Of a DNA stretch of 64,000 nucleotides, positions 12,985 through 26,129 are shown in pieces (positions within the stretch are counted from its first letter, which is position 1; every line of letters begins with the position of its first letter). The notes under the pieces are model-generated. The model saw nothing but the letters and a program-made list of their open reading frames with translations. It was not told the origin of the DNA and did not search any database. Both the position numbers and the translations under genes were made by a program. Source of the stretch: Mustelus asterias (taxonomy: Eukaryota); contig NW_027590578.1 in the NCBI RefSeq assembly GCF_964213995.1, positions 1 through 64,000 of the forward strand, given 5' to 3'.

Positions 12985-13645
12985 CTTTCTGTATTTCTCT
13001 GTTGGTGTGTTTATGTGTGTGTCTCTCTGTCTCTATCTCTCTGTGTATCTGTGCGTCTCTCTGTGTATCTGTGCGTCTCTCTGTGTCTCTATCTCTCTGT
13101 GTATCTGTGTGTCTCTCTGTTTCTATCTCGCTGTGTATCTGTGTGTATCTCTGTCTCTATCTCTCTGTGTATCTGTGTGTCTCTCTGTCTCTCTGTGTCT
13201 CTATCTCTCTGTGTGTCTGTGTGTCTCTCTGTTTCTATCTCTCTGTGTATCTGTGTGTCTCTCTGTGTCTCTATCTCTCTGTGTCTCTCTCTGTCTGTGT
13301 GTCTCTCTGTCTCTATCTCTCTGTGTATCTGTGTGTCTCTCTGTGTCTCTATCTCTCTGTGTCTCTATCTCTCTGTGTATCTGTCTCTGTATTTCTCTGT
13401 ATCTGTGTCTCTCTCTGTATATTTGTATATTTCACTCTGTCTCTGTGTTTGTGTCTCTCTCTTTGTTTCTCTCTGTCTCTATTTCTCTGTATCTGTGTGT
13501 CTCTCTGTCTCTGTACTTCTCTGGATCTGTGTCTCTCTCTCTGCCTCTGTGTGTATATCTCTCTATGTATCTGTGTGTGTCTCTCTGTCTCTGCATTTCT
13601 CTGTATCTGTCTCTGTCTCTGTGTTTCTCTGTCTCTGTGTGTCTC
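12985..13645. repeat. CT/GT-rich simple repeat
   Basis: Degenerate (TCTCTGTGTATC)n. Confidence 0.9.
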
Positions 13646-13986
13646 GATGCTAAGGGCCTAGTATTTCAGGCTCTGACCTGAACCCACAATCTCTCTGACT
13701 CTGAGCGAAGATTACTACATTGAAGGTGTGAGGCCTCATCACTTTCTGTCTGGTTTAGTTTTGTAATCTTTACATGTTTAAACACTGAAACCTCTTGCCC
13801 TTGTTGAGAATATCACTGCGGTTTGAGAAAAGCAAACACTGATCCCACACTAAACACCCCCCCCAACACAGGACTGAGCAGAGTGTGTGAAATGTGACTG
13901 GTGCGAATGTGGATTGTCTTTTAAAAGTGGGTAAGAAACACTTCATTTTCAAATCTTTACCCTGCTTCTGTAGCGTCTCAGATTCC

Positions 13987-14150
13987 ACCTAATCTGCACA
14001 TCTTTGGACTGTGGAAGGAAACCGGGGCACCCGGAGGAAACCCACGCAGACACAGGGAGAATGTGCAAACTCAACTCCCAACCGAGAATTGAACCTGGGT
14101 TCCTGGTGCTGTGAGGCAGCAGTGCTAAACACTGTCCACCATGTAGCCCT
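13987..14150 (-). mobile_element. HE1-like SINE, partial
   Basis: CACATCTTTGGACTGTGG...GGCAGCAGTGCTAA. Confidence 0.75.
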
Positions 14151-14684
14151 ATCCCATGTATTGGGACACAGTGAAAAGGATTGTTTCTTGCACGCTACAC
14201 AGACAAAACATACCGTTCATAGAGTTCATTCGGGAGAAGGAGAGGAGAGGGTGCAGAATACAGTGTTGCAGTTACCGATAGGGTATAGAGAAAGATCAGC
14301 TTAATGTATGGTAGGTCCACTCAAAAATTAACATTCTGACCAAACACTAAAGCTTTCCACAAAACAAGGCTCACAAATTCAACACCACTTTCCTTTGTCC
14401 GCTCTCCCATCATGCTGTGCGCGGAGTCTCTGATCGATGCTAAGGGCCTAGTATTTGAGGCTCTGAGCTGAACCCACAATCTGTCTGATTCTGAGGGAAG
14501 ATTACTGCCACTCAGATACAGCTGGCTGCAATATCCCCTTGAAATATATCTGTTGTGTACAGAGTCACATGTTTTTTTTCCCCTGTGTCTGCTGTCCTCA
14601 AAGAACTATTGAATAATCTAAACATCCGCATTAATGATCACAGAACAAGGCCAACATGGGGGAATCGAGTATCAGGTTTAAAAG

Positions 14685-14978
14685 TTTATTTATTAGTGTC
14701 ACAAGTAGGGTTACATTAACACTGCAATGAAGTTACTGTGGAAAATCCGTAGTCGCCATGCTCTGGCGCCTGTTTGGGCAACTTGGGGAGAATTTAGCAT
14801 GGCTGATACACCTAACCAGCGCGTCTTTCGAACTGTGGGAGGAAACCGCAGCACCCGGTGGAAACCCACGCAGACACGGGGAGAATGTACAAACTCCACA
14901 CTGACAGTGACCCAAGCCAGGAATCAAACCCGGGTCCCTGGCGCTGTGAGGCAGCAGTGTTAACCACTGTGCCGCCCC
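14685..14978 (-). mobile_element. HE1-like SINE (same subtype as 7272)
   Basis: TTTATTAGTGTCACAAGTAGG...GGCAGCAGTGTTAACCACTGTGCCGCCC. Confidence 0.85.
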
Positions 14979-15091
14979 TCATCGAAACATTGTGCAGTTG
15001 TGGAATGCACAGGATAGGAGGGATGTGATAGCACTGGAAAAGGTGCAGAGGAGATTCACCAGGATGTTGCCTGGCCTGGAGAGTTTTAGTT

Positions 15092-15385
15092 CATAGAATC
15101 ATAGAATCCCTACAGTCCAGAATGAGGCCATTCGACCCATCAAATCTGCACGGACTCTTACCCAGGCTTACCCCGTAACCCCACGTATTTTCCCGCTAAT
15201 CCCCCTAACCTATACATCGTGGGACCCTCAGGGCAATTTTGCATGGACAATGCACCCGGGGGAAACCCACGCAGACATGGGGAGAATGTGCAAACTCCAC
15301 ACAGACAGTAACCCGAGGCCGGAATTGAACCCGGGTCCCTGGCGCTGTGAGGCAGCAGTGCTAACCACTGTGCTACCGTGCCACC
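15092..15385 (-). mobile_element. HE1-like SINE inserted next to CR1 fragments
   Basis: CATAGAATCATAGAATCCCTACAG tail through TGCTAACCACTGTGCTACCGTGCC head. Confidence 0.85.
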
Positions 15386-15549
15386 ACTCGAACTGAAGAG
15401 AGATTTTATAGACTGAGGGTGTGATCTTACCACCTGTTGACGCCACACTCCCGCTCGGCGAGGTCGGAGAATCTGGTGACTTGCCAAATCTCCTTTCACT
15501 GCAGTGGGATGGGAAAATCCTGCCGGCCTGAACAGTGATAAGATTCCAC

Positions 15550-15925
15550 CCTGGGGTTGTTTTCCGTGGAGCAGAGGAGGCTGAGGGGGAACATGATGGA
15601 GATGGATAAGATTATGAGGGACATCGATAGAGTAGACGGGAAGAAAGCTTTCCCCTTGGTGGTGGGATCAATGACCAGGGGGTATAGATTTAGGGTAAGG
15701 GGCAGGAGGTTTACAGGGGATGTGAGGAAAACCTTTTTCACCCAGAGGGTGGTGGGAGTCTGGAACTCTCTGCCTGAAAGGGTGGTGGAGGCAGAGACCC
15801 TCAGAACGTTTAAGAAGTGCTTAGCTATGCATTTGCAATGCCAAGGCTTACCAGGCCGTGAGCCAAGTTGGGTGATTTGTCTTTGACCGGCACAGATGCA
15901 ATGGGCCGAAGGGCCTTTTCTGTTC
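15550..15925 (+). mobile_element. CR1 LINE 3' fragment
   Basis: FSVEQRRLRG...TRGYRF...FFTQRVVGVWNSLP, followed by GGGCCGAAGGGCC 3' UTR. Confidence 0.9.
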
Positions 15926-16599
15926 TCTAGACCTCCATTGCTAAAACACAACCTCACTGACCCAGCTTCTGGTCATCCATCCAAATCTCTCCCTCCACAG
16001 CTCGGGGACAAATCCTGCCGCGCAATCTTCCTTTAAAGTGGCTTTGGACATTTCATTCTCCATGAGGACTTGTCCGGACAGTGGTTGCTGTTGTTGTGTT
16101 TGTCTCAGTGTCAGCTCAGCAACATGGACGACATGTTAGAAATGGCCGTCTCCCAGTGAGTGTGAGGACAGGGCAGGCTTTGAGCGAGGCCTGGGCCACT
16201 CCCTGAAGGACACAGGGCCACCATTGTGCTTTTTGCTGACAAACAGAAAGCTTTCACCCCTCCCTCTCTCTCTCTCTTGTGTCTCATCTCACTCACATTC
16301 TGCCCCTTCCATTCACTCTGTGCTGCTTTCTGGAGGAGGCTGCCAGCTTTATCCACCACAGAGCATCTGCCAACAAGAACATCAGATGAAACCTCCCATT
16401 CCCCAAGTCCCTCTTTCCTCTCTGCTCCTCGCTGTCTTTCCGGAGGAAATGGGATGGGAAGCTGATGGGAAAAGATTTGCAGGGCTCCAGGGACAAGGTG
16501 GAGCAGTGGGACTGGCTCGATTGCTCTAGCAGAGAGTCGACACCAGCTGAATGGGCTGAATGGCCTCCTTCATTCTGTGGCTATTCTATGGTTGACACA

Positions 16600-16942
16600 C
16601 AATAGATAGTCAATATCTTTTCCCAAAGGTAGGGGAGTCTAAAACTCGAGGGCATGGGTTTAAGGTGAGAGGGGAGAGATACAAAAGTGTCCAGAGGGGC
16701 AATCTTTTCACACAGAGAGTGATGAGCGTCTGGAACAAGCTGCCAGAGGTAGTAGTAGAGACGGACACAATTTTATCTTTTAAAAAGCATTTAGACAGTT
16801 ACATGGGTAAGATAGATGTAGAGGGATATGGGCCAAATGTGGGGAATTGGGACCAGCTTAGGGGTTAAAAGAAAAAGGGCAGCATGACAAGTTGGGCCAA
16901 AGGGCCTGTTTCCATGCTGTAAACATCTATGACACTATGACA
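16600..16942 (+). mobile_element. CR1 LINE 3' end
   Basis: FTQRVMSVWNKLP..FKKHLD; CTATGA tail repeats. Confidence 0.85.
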
Positions 16943-16959
16943 ACTTGTCATTTGGGTCT

Positions 16960-17575
16960 CAACTTCAAGTTTCTAGGTGTCCAGATCACCAACAACTTGT
17001 CCTGGTCCCCCCATGCCGACACTATAATTGAGAAAGCCCACCAACACGTCTACTTTCTCAGGAGGCTAAGGAAATTTGGCATGTCAGCTACGACTCTCAC
17101 CAAGTTCTACAGATGCACCATAGAAAGCATCCTTTCTGTATCACGGCTTGGTCTGGTTTCTGCTCTGTCCAAGACTGCAAGAAATTACAAAAGGTCGTGA
17201 ATGTAGCCCCGTCCATCACGCAGACTAGCCTCCCATTCATTGACTCTGTCTACACTTCCCGCGGCCTTAGAAAAGCAGCCAGCATAATTAAGGACCTCAT
17301 GCACACATTCTCTCTTCCACCTTCTTCCGTCAGGAAAAAGGTACAAAGTCTGAGATCACGTACCAACCGACTCAAGAACTTCCCTGCTGCCCTCAGACTT
17401 GTGAATGGACCTGCTACATATTAGATTTATCTTTCTCTACACCCTACCTATGACTGCAACACTACATTCTGCACCCTCTCTTTTACTTCTCCCCGATGTA
17501 CTCTATGAACGGTATGTTTTGTCTGGACAGCATACAAGAAACAATACTTTTCACTGTATCCCAATACATTCAGTC
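16960..17575 (+). mobile_element. Rex1/Babar- or L2-like LINE 3' fragment
   Basis: FKFLGVQITNNLSWSPH...YFLRRLRKFGMS...FYRCTIESIL, with frameshifts. Confidence 0.75.
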
Positions 17576-17814
17576 ATTCAATACAAATTAGATTCCTCCC
17601 AATTCTTTCCTCCACGATAGGTCGCAGCATTTAAAGAACACGCCCAGGGCCCAGTGCTGAGTCTGAGGGTATCTGACTACAGTAAGGTGAGTGATACAGG
17701 AGGGTCTCACTGTCTGAGGGAGGTGAGTCTTAGCCGGGGGGGGGGGCGTGAGTGACCCAGGTTAATCTGACACTCCAGGGACAGTTGGAATGGAGCTTTC
17801 CCCCGGGCTGTCCC

Positions 17815-18020
17815 CTCCCCGTGTCTGCGTGGGTTTCCTCCGGGTGCTCCGGTTTCCTCCCACGGTCTGAAAGATGTGCCGGTTAGGGTGCATTGGCCGT
17901 GTTAAATTCCCCCTCAGTGTAACCCGAACAGGCGCCGGAGTGTGGGCGACTAGGGGATTCTCACAGTAACTTCATTGTAGTGTTAATGTAAGCCTACTTC
18001 TGACACTAATAAATAAACTG
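17815..18020 (+). mobile_element. HE1-like SINE 3' part
   Basis: CCCCGTGTCTGCGTGGGTTTCCTCC...GACACTAATAAATAAAC. Confidence 0.8.
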
Positions 18021-18219
18021 AAACTGAAGGTCAAGGTGCTGCTGTGACAATGCACTCTTGTTTAAACACTCTGCAATGCTGAGACTGGGAGAAGTGACCA
18101 ACAGGGGGCAGCATTGCAGCTTCTGTCCCCCTATTGAAACTGGGATTGTTGCTCCATCTGCTGCACAATCCCAACCCCATCCACTGGGGGCAATCTGGAC
18201 AATGGCTGCAGACAGACCT

Positions 18220-18545
18220 CACTGCGCGTGCGCCGCGATGACACCCACCGCCGGCGGCCATCTTGCGTTGCCAAGGGAGACGGCCAGCGGCCATATTCCC
18301 GTTGCCAAGGGAGACGGCGGCGACCATCTTGAGTTGCCAGGGGAGACGGCATCGATGCGGCGGCGTCCGCGCGCGCTGACCTCTGGGAGCATTCCCGTCC
18401 CGCACATGCGCACAGGCCGTCCCGCCCCCTCGACAAGTCCCCCTGTTGTCCCGCCAACGAGCATGGGGCCGGGCCGGAGTGGGCAAGAGGTGACACTGGG
18501 GAGGAGCAGCCCCCCCCCGGGAGCGTTACAGCGACGCCTGGTGGC
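18220..18545. promoter_or_regulatory. CpG-rich promoter-like island with 3x (YY1-like + RFX X-box-like) unit
   Basis: High CpG; GCGGCCATCTT/GCGGCCATATT/GCGACCATCTT each followed by GTTGCCA(A/G)GGGAGAC at 18267, 18301 and 18333; CGCACATGCGCA NRF1-like. Confidence 0.65.
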
Positions 18546-19448
18546 CAGGAAGGGCAATAGCAGCAGCACAGTCTCTGCCCAAAGGCTTCCCCAGTTCAGC
18601 TGCTCAGAGACACTGGGAATGTCTTCAAGTGGAAACTTCAGCTTCTCACATTCACCCCCTGTGTTCAGTCATTGTTTCCTAGGCAACCTCTGTAGTGACA
18701 TCACAAACAACTTGTTCACATTGAAGGCCATGGCAATCTGGACCATTCGGCTTCAAAGCCATTGAGCTTTGAAACTTCAATTGAAATGTTGGAGATGAGA
18801 GTTTATCGATGCAAGTCATGTTGCATGTGGAACGCTCACGATGCCACAATTAGAGCGGTGCAGACATCTCACAGGGTTGTGTGACTGGAGGAGATGTCAG
18901 AGACGGGCTGGTTAAATATAGAGGGACAGGGTCTGAAGCTAAGTTTTGGGTAAAAGATGGCAGTGATGTTGTGACATTAATTTAGCTTCAGATAGTTGCT
19001 GGGGAGGGGGAATAGAGAGGTTGGGGAGTGATGTTTGTATTGGGGCAATCTCTCTCTCTCATCATGTATATATATCAATCCATCTCTCACTCTCTATCTC
19101 TCATTACCCATTGTGTCCAGAGTCTTGTGAAGGCGCAGACCGGTGGCAGGTTCTGTTTCCTGAAGGACATTACCGAACCTGTCAGATTATTGTGACAATC
19201 CAGTAGTTTTCATGGTCACTTTTTCCGAGTGCCGGCCCCACAAATGATCAGATTCATTCAGCTCAATTTCACAATCTGCCTTTGTGTTTTTGTGGGTTCT
19301 CTCTCACTTCCTTTTTTCTGTTCGAACTCAATTTCCCGGGGTTTTAGAAGAGGAGGATTTGCAGTTGGGAAACTGAAACCAAATATGATATCGAAACCTG
19401 CTGGAGTTGGCCAATTTATTGTAACCTGAATATCATTGTGTTTTGAAC

Positions 19449-19871
19449 ATGGAAGGAAATAGCACCGTTCACAGTGAAGAGAAACTGTACACGTGTTCTG
19501 TGTGTGGACAAGACTTCAACCAATCATCCAGCCTTTCGGAACATAATTGCAGTCACAACAGGGAGAAGCTGTGGAAATGTGGGGACTGTGGGAAGGGATT
19601 CGATTACCCTTCCCAGCTGGAGATTCATCGGCGCAGTCACAGCAGGGAGAGACCATTCACCTGCTCCCAGTGTGGGAAGGGATTCACTCAGTCAAACAGC
19701 TTACATATACACCAGAGAACTCACACTGAGGAGAGACCATTCACCTGCTCCCAGTGTGGGAAGGGATTCATTACCTCATCCCATCTGCTGAAACATCGGC
19801 GAATCCACACTGGAGAGAGGCCGTTCACTTGCTGTGTGTGTGGGAAGAGATTCACTCAGTCTTCAAACCTC
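19449..19871 (+). pseudogene. Truncated C2H2 zinc-finger gene exon (4 fingers plus a partial fifth)
   Basis: CxxC...HxxxH fingers with (T/S)xE(R/K)P linkers; fifth finger breaks at TQSSNL and runs into a repeat. Confidence 0.8.
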
Positions 19872-20064
19872 TTTATATGCCCTGTTTGCCCTGTCTTTAT
19901 ATGCCCTGTTTGTGAACAGAATTCACACTCACCTGAAGAAGGGGCTTGGAGCTCCGAAAGCTTGTGTGGCTTTTGCTACCAAATAAAGCTGTTGGACTTT
20001 AAGCTGGTGTTGTTAAACTTCTTACTGTGTTTACCCCAGTCCAACGCCGGCATCTCCACATCAT
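19872..20064 (+). mobile_element. Penelope-like terminal repeat with hammerhead-like motif
   Basis: CTGAAGAAGGGGC..GCTCCGAAAGCTTGTG and CCAGTCCAACGCCGGCATCTCCACATC; same element at ~39 kb, 48.9 kb and 58.8 kb. Confidence 0.65.
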
Positions 20065-20409
20065 GTTCTGCCTGAGTCAGAGGTGGGAGAAGATTCCATC
20101 AAGAGGAAATTGAATGGGAAGCTGAAGGGAAAATATTGACAGGGTTACGGGGAGAGGGTGGAGGATTGGGAATAGTGAAACTGCTCTTGCAGTGTGTCGA
20201 TCCAGGCTTGACGGGCTGAATGGCCTCCTGTGCTGTCACCATTCTATGATTCACACACAAGTTAACTTCTCAGTGTCTATTAGGCCCCACTCGTTCCTCC
20301 ATGATCAGTTCCAGCATTTCAACTTCAGATCCCAGTACTTTTTAGTTGGGGCATTGAGGAGTAAAACAGAAATAGGAATGAGAGTGTCGGTGCGCTTATA
20401 TTTTTGTAT

Positions 20410-20412
20410 TTC

Positions 20413-20443
<31 letters not shown>

Positions 20444-20742
20444 CAGTTTCTAAGTGTGTGCAAGTGTCTATTTCAATGTGTGTTTCTGTGTGTGTGATTG
20501 TGTATCTCTGCGTGTGTCTGTGAGTGAGTGTGTGTCTGTGTGTGTCTCTCTCTCTGTGTCTTTGTGCATGTGTGTCTGTGAGTGTGTGTTTGTGTCTCTC
20601 TGCGTGTGTGCGTGTGTGTCCGTGAGTGTGTGTTTGTGTCTCTCTGTGTGTGTGTCCGTGAGTGTCTGTGTGCCTCTCTCTTTGTCTGTGTGTGTGTGTG
20701 TCTGTGTGTGCGTGTGTATGTGTGTGTGTGTGTGTGTTTGTC
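20410..20742. repeat. GT-rich simple repeat
   Basis: Degenerate (TG)n. Confidence 0.9.
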
Positions 20743-22289
20743 ATGATCTGTGTGAGTGGGGGAGCAGGCTCGATGGGTCAAATGGCCTCCAACTGCACAT
20801 ATTTGAGATTCAAATACACTGANNNNNNNNNNNNNNNNNNNNNNNNNNNNNNNNNNNNNNNNNNNNNNNNNNNNNNNNNNNNNNNNNNNNNNNNNNNNNN
20901 NNNNNNNNNNNNNNNNNNNNNNNNNNNNNNNNNNNNNNNNNNNNNNNNNNNNNNNNNNNNNNNNNNNNNNNNNNNNNNNNNNNNNNNNNNNNNNNNNNNN
21001 NNTAAGCAGCATAGCTGGAAACATCACATTGCAAAGAGTTATTCATATTTTGTACATGGACAAAACTGGTGGAGAGGTTTCAGTGCAGGGAAATGTAAAC
21101 TGACACAATTTAGATTTAAAAGGGATAGAACAGCGTACTTTAATAAATGATGAAATGACAGAAACAGTGGAAGCTCCAAATGTCCAGATATTTCACAGCT
21201 GGATTCACACAAAACACACAGCAATGGATCTGATATTGCGGAATTGTTGTAAATGTGGTTAATCTCAGTACGGAGGCTGTCTTCATGTTACAGTGTTAAT
21301 CTGATCACTCTCATCAAAACAGGGTCAACATTTCTGTACAATGTGAGTGAATCATCAGCTCAAATAGTTCAGGTTCAATGTTTAAAATAACCAGTCACTT
21401 TTCTGTGGCTGCTTTTGGAGTGTCAGTGGAATGTAGTTCACAGTCAAGTGTGAACAATTGTATTGGGGAATAATTGGAAGCAGTTTCCATTGAGAGCTTC
21501 CTGCATTCTGGAAATGTGTGTGATCTATTCAGAGATAGGAAATGGACGGATGAATAAAGATGCAGTTTGTTGTTAATTACATGAGATTGTCTGCCTTGAA
21601 GATTCACAAGTTCCATGTGCTGAGAGAAAGGAATGATTAAACAATGTCGAGAATTCAAATCCTTCAGACAAGTGAAAAAGCAGGAGAATAACTGAATCCA
21701 CAAACGCTGCCACAGACAGTATTCGAAGCTTCAACTTCATGTTTGAATGGGAAGGGCTGATTGAAATAAACAGGAGGCCACACTGGGATGCTGAGCAATT
21801 TGATCCCTGTTTTTCCTAAACTTCAAATAAAAATCTGTGATGAAACATTCCTTGGACAGAGCAGAGGGGATTTTACTCTGTATTTACCCCATTACAGTAT
21901 TTGTGTTGGGAACATTTGATGAACAGTGCAGATTAAACATTATTCTTAACCGCTGGAATTTAAGTTGGGGGCTGATTTAATCAAACATTGAAAATAATGA
22001 GGGAAAGGGAGAGGCTGATAAAGAACAAGTTTTTCTGCTGGCTGGGAACTCCAGGATTTGGGAATATTTGAATGTTAGCCTCAGTTTAGAATTTTAGAAT
22101 TGTAGAAATGGAAACATTGCCAGATGTGGTGTGGAGTTAGTTTGAAACAATCTTCTGCAAATGGCTATTGATGCTCAGTCACTTGTTATTATTTTAAATC
22201 TGGGGTTGATAGATTTTCCTTAGTCCAAGGGGTTAAGAGACAGAGAGTTAGATCACAGATCAGCCAGGATCTTATTGAATATTGGAACA

Positions 22290-22770
22290 GGCTTTCAGGA
22301 AGATTGTTCCAGATTCCAAACACCCTCTTGATGAAGTGCTTTTCCTCACTTCACTTCTGATCCATTTCCCCATCATTTAGAATCTGTGCCCTCTAGTTCA
22401 TGACCATCTCTTGAGAGGGAAGAGTTTCTCACTCTTTAACCTGTTGATACCCCTTAGGATCTTGAATCTCTCTCTCAAGTCTCACCTCAGCCTTCTTTCC
22501 TCCAAGGAAAACAGTCCCAACCTCTCCAATCTACCCTCGTAGCTACGGATCTTATTCCCTGGAATCATTCTTGTGAATCTCCTCTGCACTGTCTCCAATG
22601 CCCAGAACTGGGCGCAGTCTCCAGATGCGGCCTAACGAGTGTCTTATACAAGTTCAATATGAACTCCTTACTCTTGTCCTCAATTCCTCCATTAATAAAA
22701 GCTGGGATACCATATACTTCATTTACTGCTCTCTCAAAGTGCCCTGCCACCTTCACTGACGTATGTACAT
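22290..22770 (-). mobile_element. CR1 LINE fragment
   Basis: [28 protein letters not shown]. Confidence 0.8.
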
Positions 22771-22904
22771 ATTAGAATCATGGAATCCCTACAGTGCAGA
22801 AGGAGGCCATACAGCCCATCGAGCCTGCGCTAACAACATTCCCACCCAGGCCCTATCCCCGTGATGCAACGTATTTACCCTGATAATACTGGCATGAATT
22901 GAGA

Positions 22905-23370
22905 AATGGTTAACGGAGAGAAAAAAGAGCTTAGGTACAAATGGGTCATTTTCAGGGTGGCAGGCTGTGACCAGCGGCTTATCACAAGGATCAGTACTCG
23001 GGAGCCCAGCTATTCACAATCCATATCATTGATTTGGACGTTTGGGATCAAATGTAATATTTCCGAGTTTGCAGATGACATGAAAGCAGGTGGAAGTGTG
23101 AGTTGTGAGGGGGATGTAGACTCTTCAAGGGGTAGTGGGAGAGGCTGAATTAGTGGTGAAACCACACACGGAGTGTTGTGGACAGTTTTATCCTCTTACC
23201 GAAGGAAAGACATTCTTGTCCGAGAGGGACTTCAATGACATTTCACTGCATTAATTCCTGGGATGGAGGGATTGTCCTGAGGAAAGAAAATGGACTTTTA
23301 CTTTATGCACTTGAGAAGCATGAGAGGTGACCTCATTCAAACTTGGACAATTCTTACAGGGCTCAGCAGG
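22905..23370 (+). mobile_element. Degenerate CR1 RT fragment
   Basis: IKCNISEFADD (RT motif), frameshifted. Confidence 0.7.
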
Positions 23371-23376
23371 GTCGAG

Positions 23377-24100
23377 TCATAGAGGTTTACAGCATGGAAA
23401 CGCGCTTTGGCCCAACTTGTCCATGCCGCCCAGTTTTTACCATTAAGCTAATCACAATTGCCTGTGTTTCGCCCATATCCCTCTATACCAATCTTACCCA
23501 TGTAACTGTCTAAATGCTTTTTAAAACATAAAATTGTACCCGCCTCTACTACTACCTCTGGCAGCTCATTCCAGACACTCACCACCCTCTGTGTGAAAAG
23601 AATTGCCCCTCTGGACCCTTTCGTATCTCTCCCCTCTCACCTTAAACCTACGCCCTCTAGTTTTAGACTCCCCTACCTTTGGGAGAAGATATTGACTATC
23701 TAGCTGATCTGTGCCCCTCATTATTTTATAGACCTCTATAAAATCACCCCTCAGTCTTCTACGCGACAGGGAAAAAAGTCCCAGTCTGTGCAACCTCTCC
23801 TTAAAACCCAAACTATCATGTCCCGGTAGCATCCTAGTAAATCTTTTTTGCACTCTTTCTAGTTTAATAATATCCATTCTAAAATAGGGTGACCAGAACT
23901 GTACACAGTATTCCCAGCGTGGCCTTAACAATGTCTTGTACAACTCCAACAAGACGTCCCAACTCCTGTATTCAATGTTCTGACCAATGAAACCAAGCAT
24001 GCTGAATGCCTTCTTCACCACTCTGTCCACCTGTGACTCCACTGTCAAGAAGCTATGAACCTGTACCCCGAGATCTCTTTGTTCTATAACTCTCCCCAAC
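23377..24100 (-). mobile_element. CR1 LINE 3' part
   Basis: QRDLGVQVH...LYKTLLRPRWEYCVQFWSP...TRGRRFK, with 3' UTR ending CTATGA. Confidence 0.9.
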
Positions 24101-24141
24101 CCCCAAACATTAGCTGAGTAGATACAGGAAGGATGTTTCCA

Positions 24142-24787
24142 TCAGTCTCTCCTGATAATGAACACCCCTCATCTCTGGTATCAACCTGGTGAACCTTCTC
24201 TGCACTCCCTCCAAGGCCAATATATCCTTCCGCAAATAAGGGGACCAATACTGCACACAGTATTCCAGCTGCGGCCTCACCAATGCCCTGTACAGATGCA
24301 GCAAGTCATCTCTGCTTTTATATTCTATCCCCCTCGCGATAAATGCCAACATCCCGTTTGCCTTCTTGATCACCTGTTGCACCTGCAGACTGGGTTTTTG
24401 CGTCTCATGCACAAGGACCCCCAGGTCCCTCTGCACAGCAGCATGTTGTAATTTTTTTCCATTTAGATAATAATCCAATTTACTATTATTTCCTCCAAAG
24501 TGAATAAACTCGCATTTGTCAACGTTATACTCCATCTGCCAGATCCTCGCCCACTCACTCAGCCTGTCCAAATCTCTCTGCATACCTTCTACGCCCTCCA
24601 CACGATTCACTTTTCCACTTATCTTTGTGTCGTCTGCAAACTTTGTTACCCTACACTCAGTCCCCTCCTCCAGATCGTCTATATAAATGGTAAATAGTTG
24701 AGGCCCCAGTACCGATCCCTGCGGCACGCCACTAGTTACCATCCGCCAACCAGAAAAGTACCCATTTATTCCGACTCTCTGCTTCCT
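24142..24787 (-). mobile_element. CR1 LINE RT core fragment
   Basis: VTSGVPQGSVLGPQLFTIYIDDL...KFADDTK. Confidence 0.92.
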
Positions 24788-24811
24788 GTGAGGAGGAATT
24801 TCTTCCCTCAG

Positions 24812-25905
24812 AGTCATAGAGTGGTACAGTGAAGAAAAGGCCCTTCGACCCATTGAGTCTGCAGCAACAAGTAACTACCACTGAAGTTGTGCTAATCCAA
24901 TTTTCATCTCTTGTACCATATCTTTGAATGTTGTGATGTTTCAAGTGCTCATCCAAATGCTTTTGAAAGGTTGTAAGGTTTCCGACCTCCACTGCCTTCC
25001 CAGGCAGTACATTCCTGATTCCCATCACCCGCTGAGTGAATGTTTTTCTCAACTCTCCTCTGAATCTCCTGCCCTTTGCCCTAAAACTATGTCCCCTCAT
25101 GATTGACCCCTCAACCAAGGGGAACAGCTGTTTCCTATTCACCCTGTCCATACCCCTCATAATCTTACACACCTCAATCAGCCTTCTCTGCTCTAAAGAA
25201 AACAATCCAAACCTATCCAGTCTCTCCTTATAGCTCAAATACTCCATCCCAGGCAACTTGCTGCTGAGCCTCCTCTGTACCCCCTCTAGTGCTATCATAT
25301 CCTTCCTCTGGTGTGGTGACCAGATCTGCACACGGTACTCCAGCTGTGGCCTAACCAACACTCTGTACAACTCCAACATTAACTCTTTGCTCTTCTACTC
25401 TGCGCCATGACTGATAAAAGCAAGTGTCTCATCTGCCTTCTTTACCACTTGATTCACCTGCTCTGCTGCCTTCAGGGATCTGTGAATAATTGCCCAAGAT
25501 CCATATGTTCCTCTGAGCTTCCCAGTGTCCTGCAACTCATTAAATACTCCCTTGCCTTGTTACTGCTTCCAAAGTGCATCACCTCGCACCTATCAGGGTC
25601 AAATACCATCTGCCACTGCTCTGCCTATCTGACTAACCCAGCTATATCTTCCTGTAACCTACAACCTTCTTCACTATTAACCATCCTACCAATCTTGGTG
25701 TCATCTGGAACCTTGCTTATCATTGCCCCCACATTATCATCTGTCTCATTTATGTATAACAACAATAAGCCCCCCAGCACGGAGCCTTGTGGTGCACCAC
25801 TGGACACCGGCCTCCAGCCACTCAAACAGCCTTCCAACACCACCCTTTGTGTCCAATTACTAAACCAGTTTCCGATCCATCTCGCCAAGTTTTCCTGAAT
25901 TCCAT
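24812..25905 (-). mobile_element. CR1 LINE fragment (RT through 3' UTR), degenerate
   Basis: SGAPQGSVLG..KVPDDTK and LYRVLVRPQLEY...FTQRV. Confidence 0.9.
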
Positions 25906-26129
25906 GTGCTTCCAGGATGGTAAATCTTTGGAATTCCCTATCCCAGAGGGCTGTGGAGGCTCAGTCATCGTTCACAGACTGAGATGGATAGGTTTCTACA
26001 GATTAAACATATTGCAAAGTTTCACCATCTGTGACCCCTTGTTCCAGCCTCTCCCCCCCCCCCCCCCCCCCCTCTCCCCACCCCCTCAGCCCCTCAGCTG
26101 GAGGAAACAACATCCCTGTATTCAGTCAC

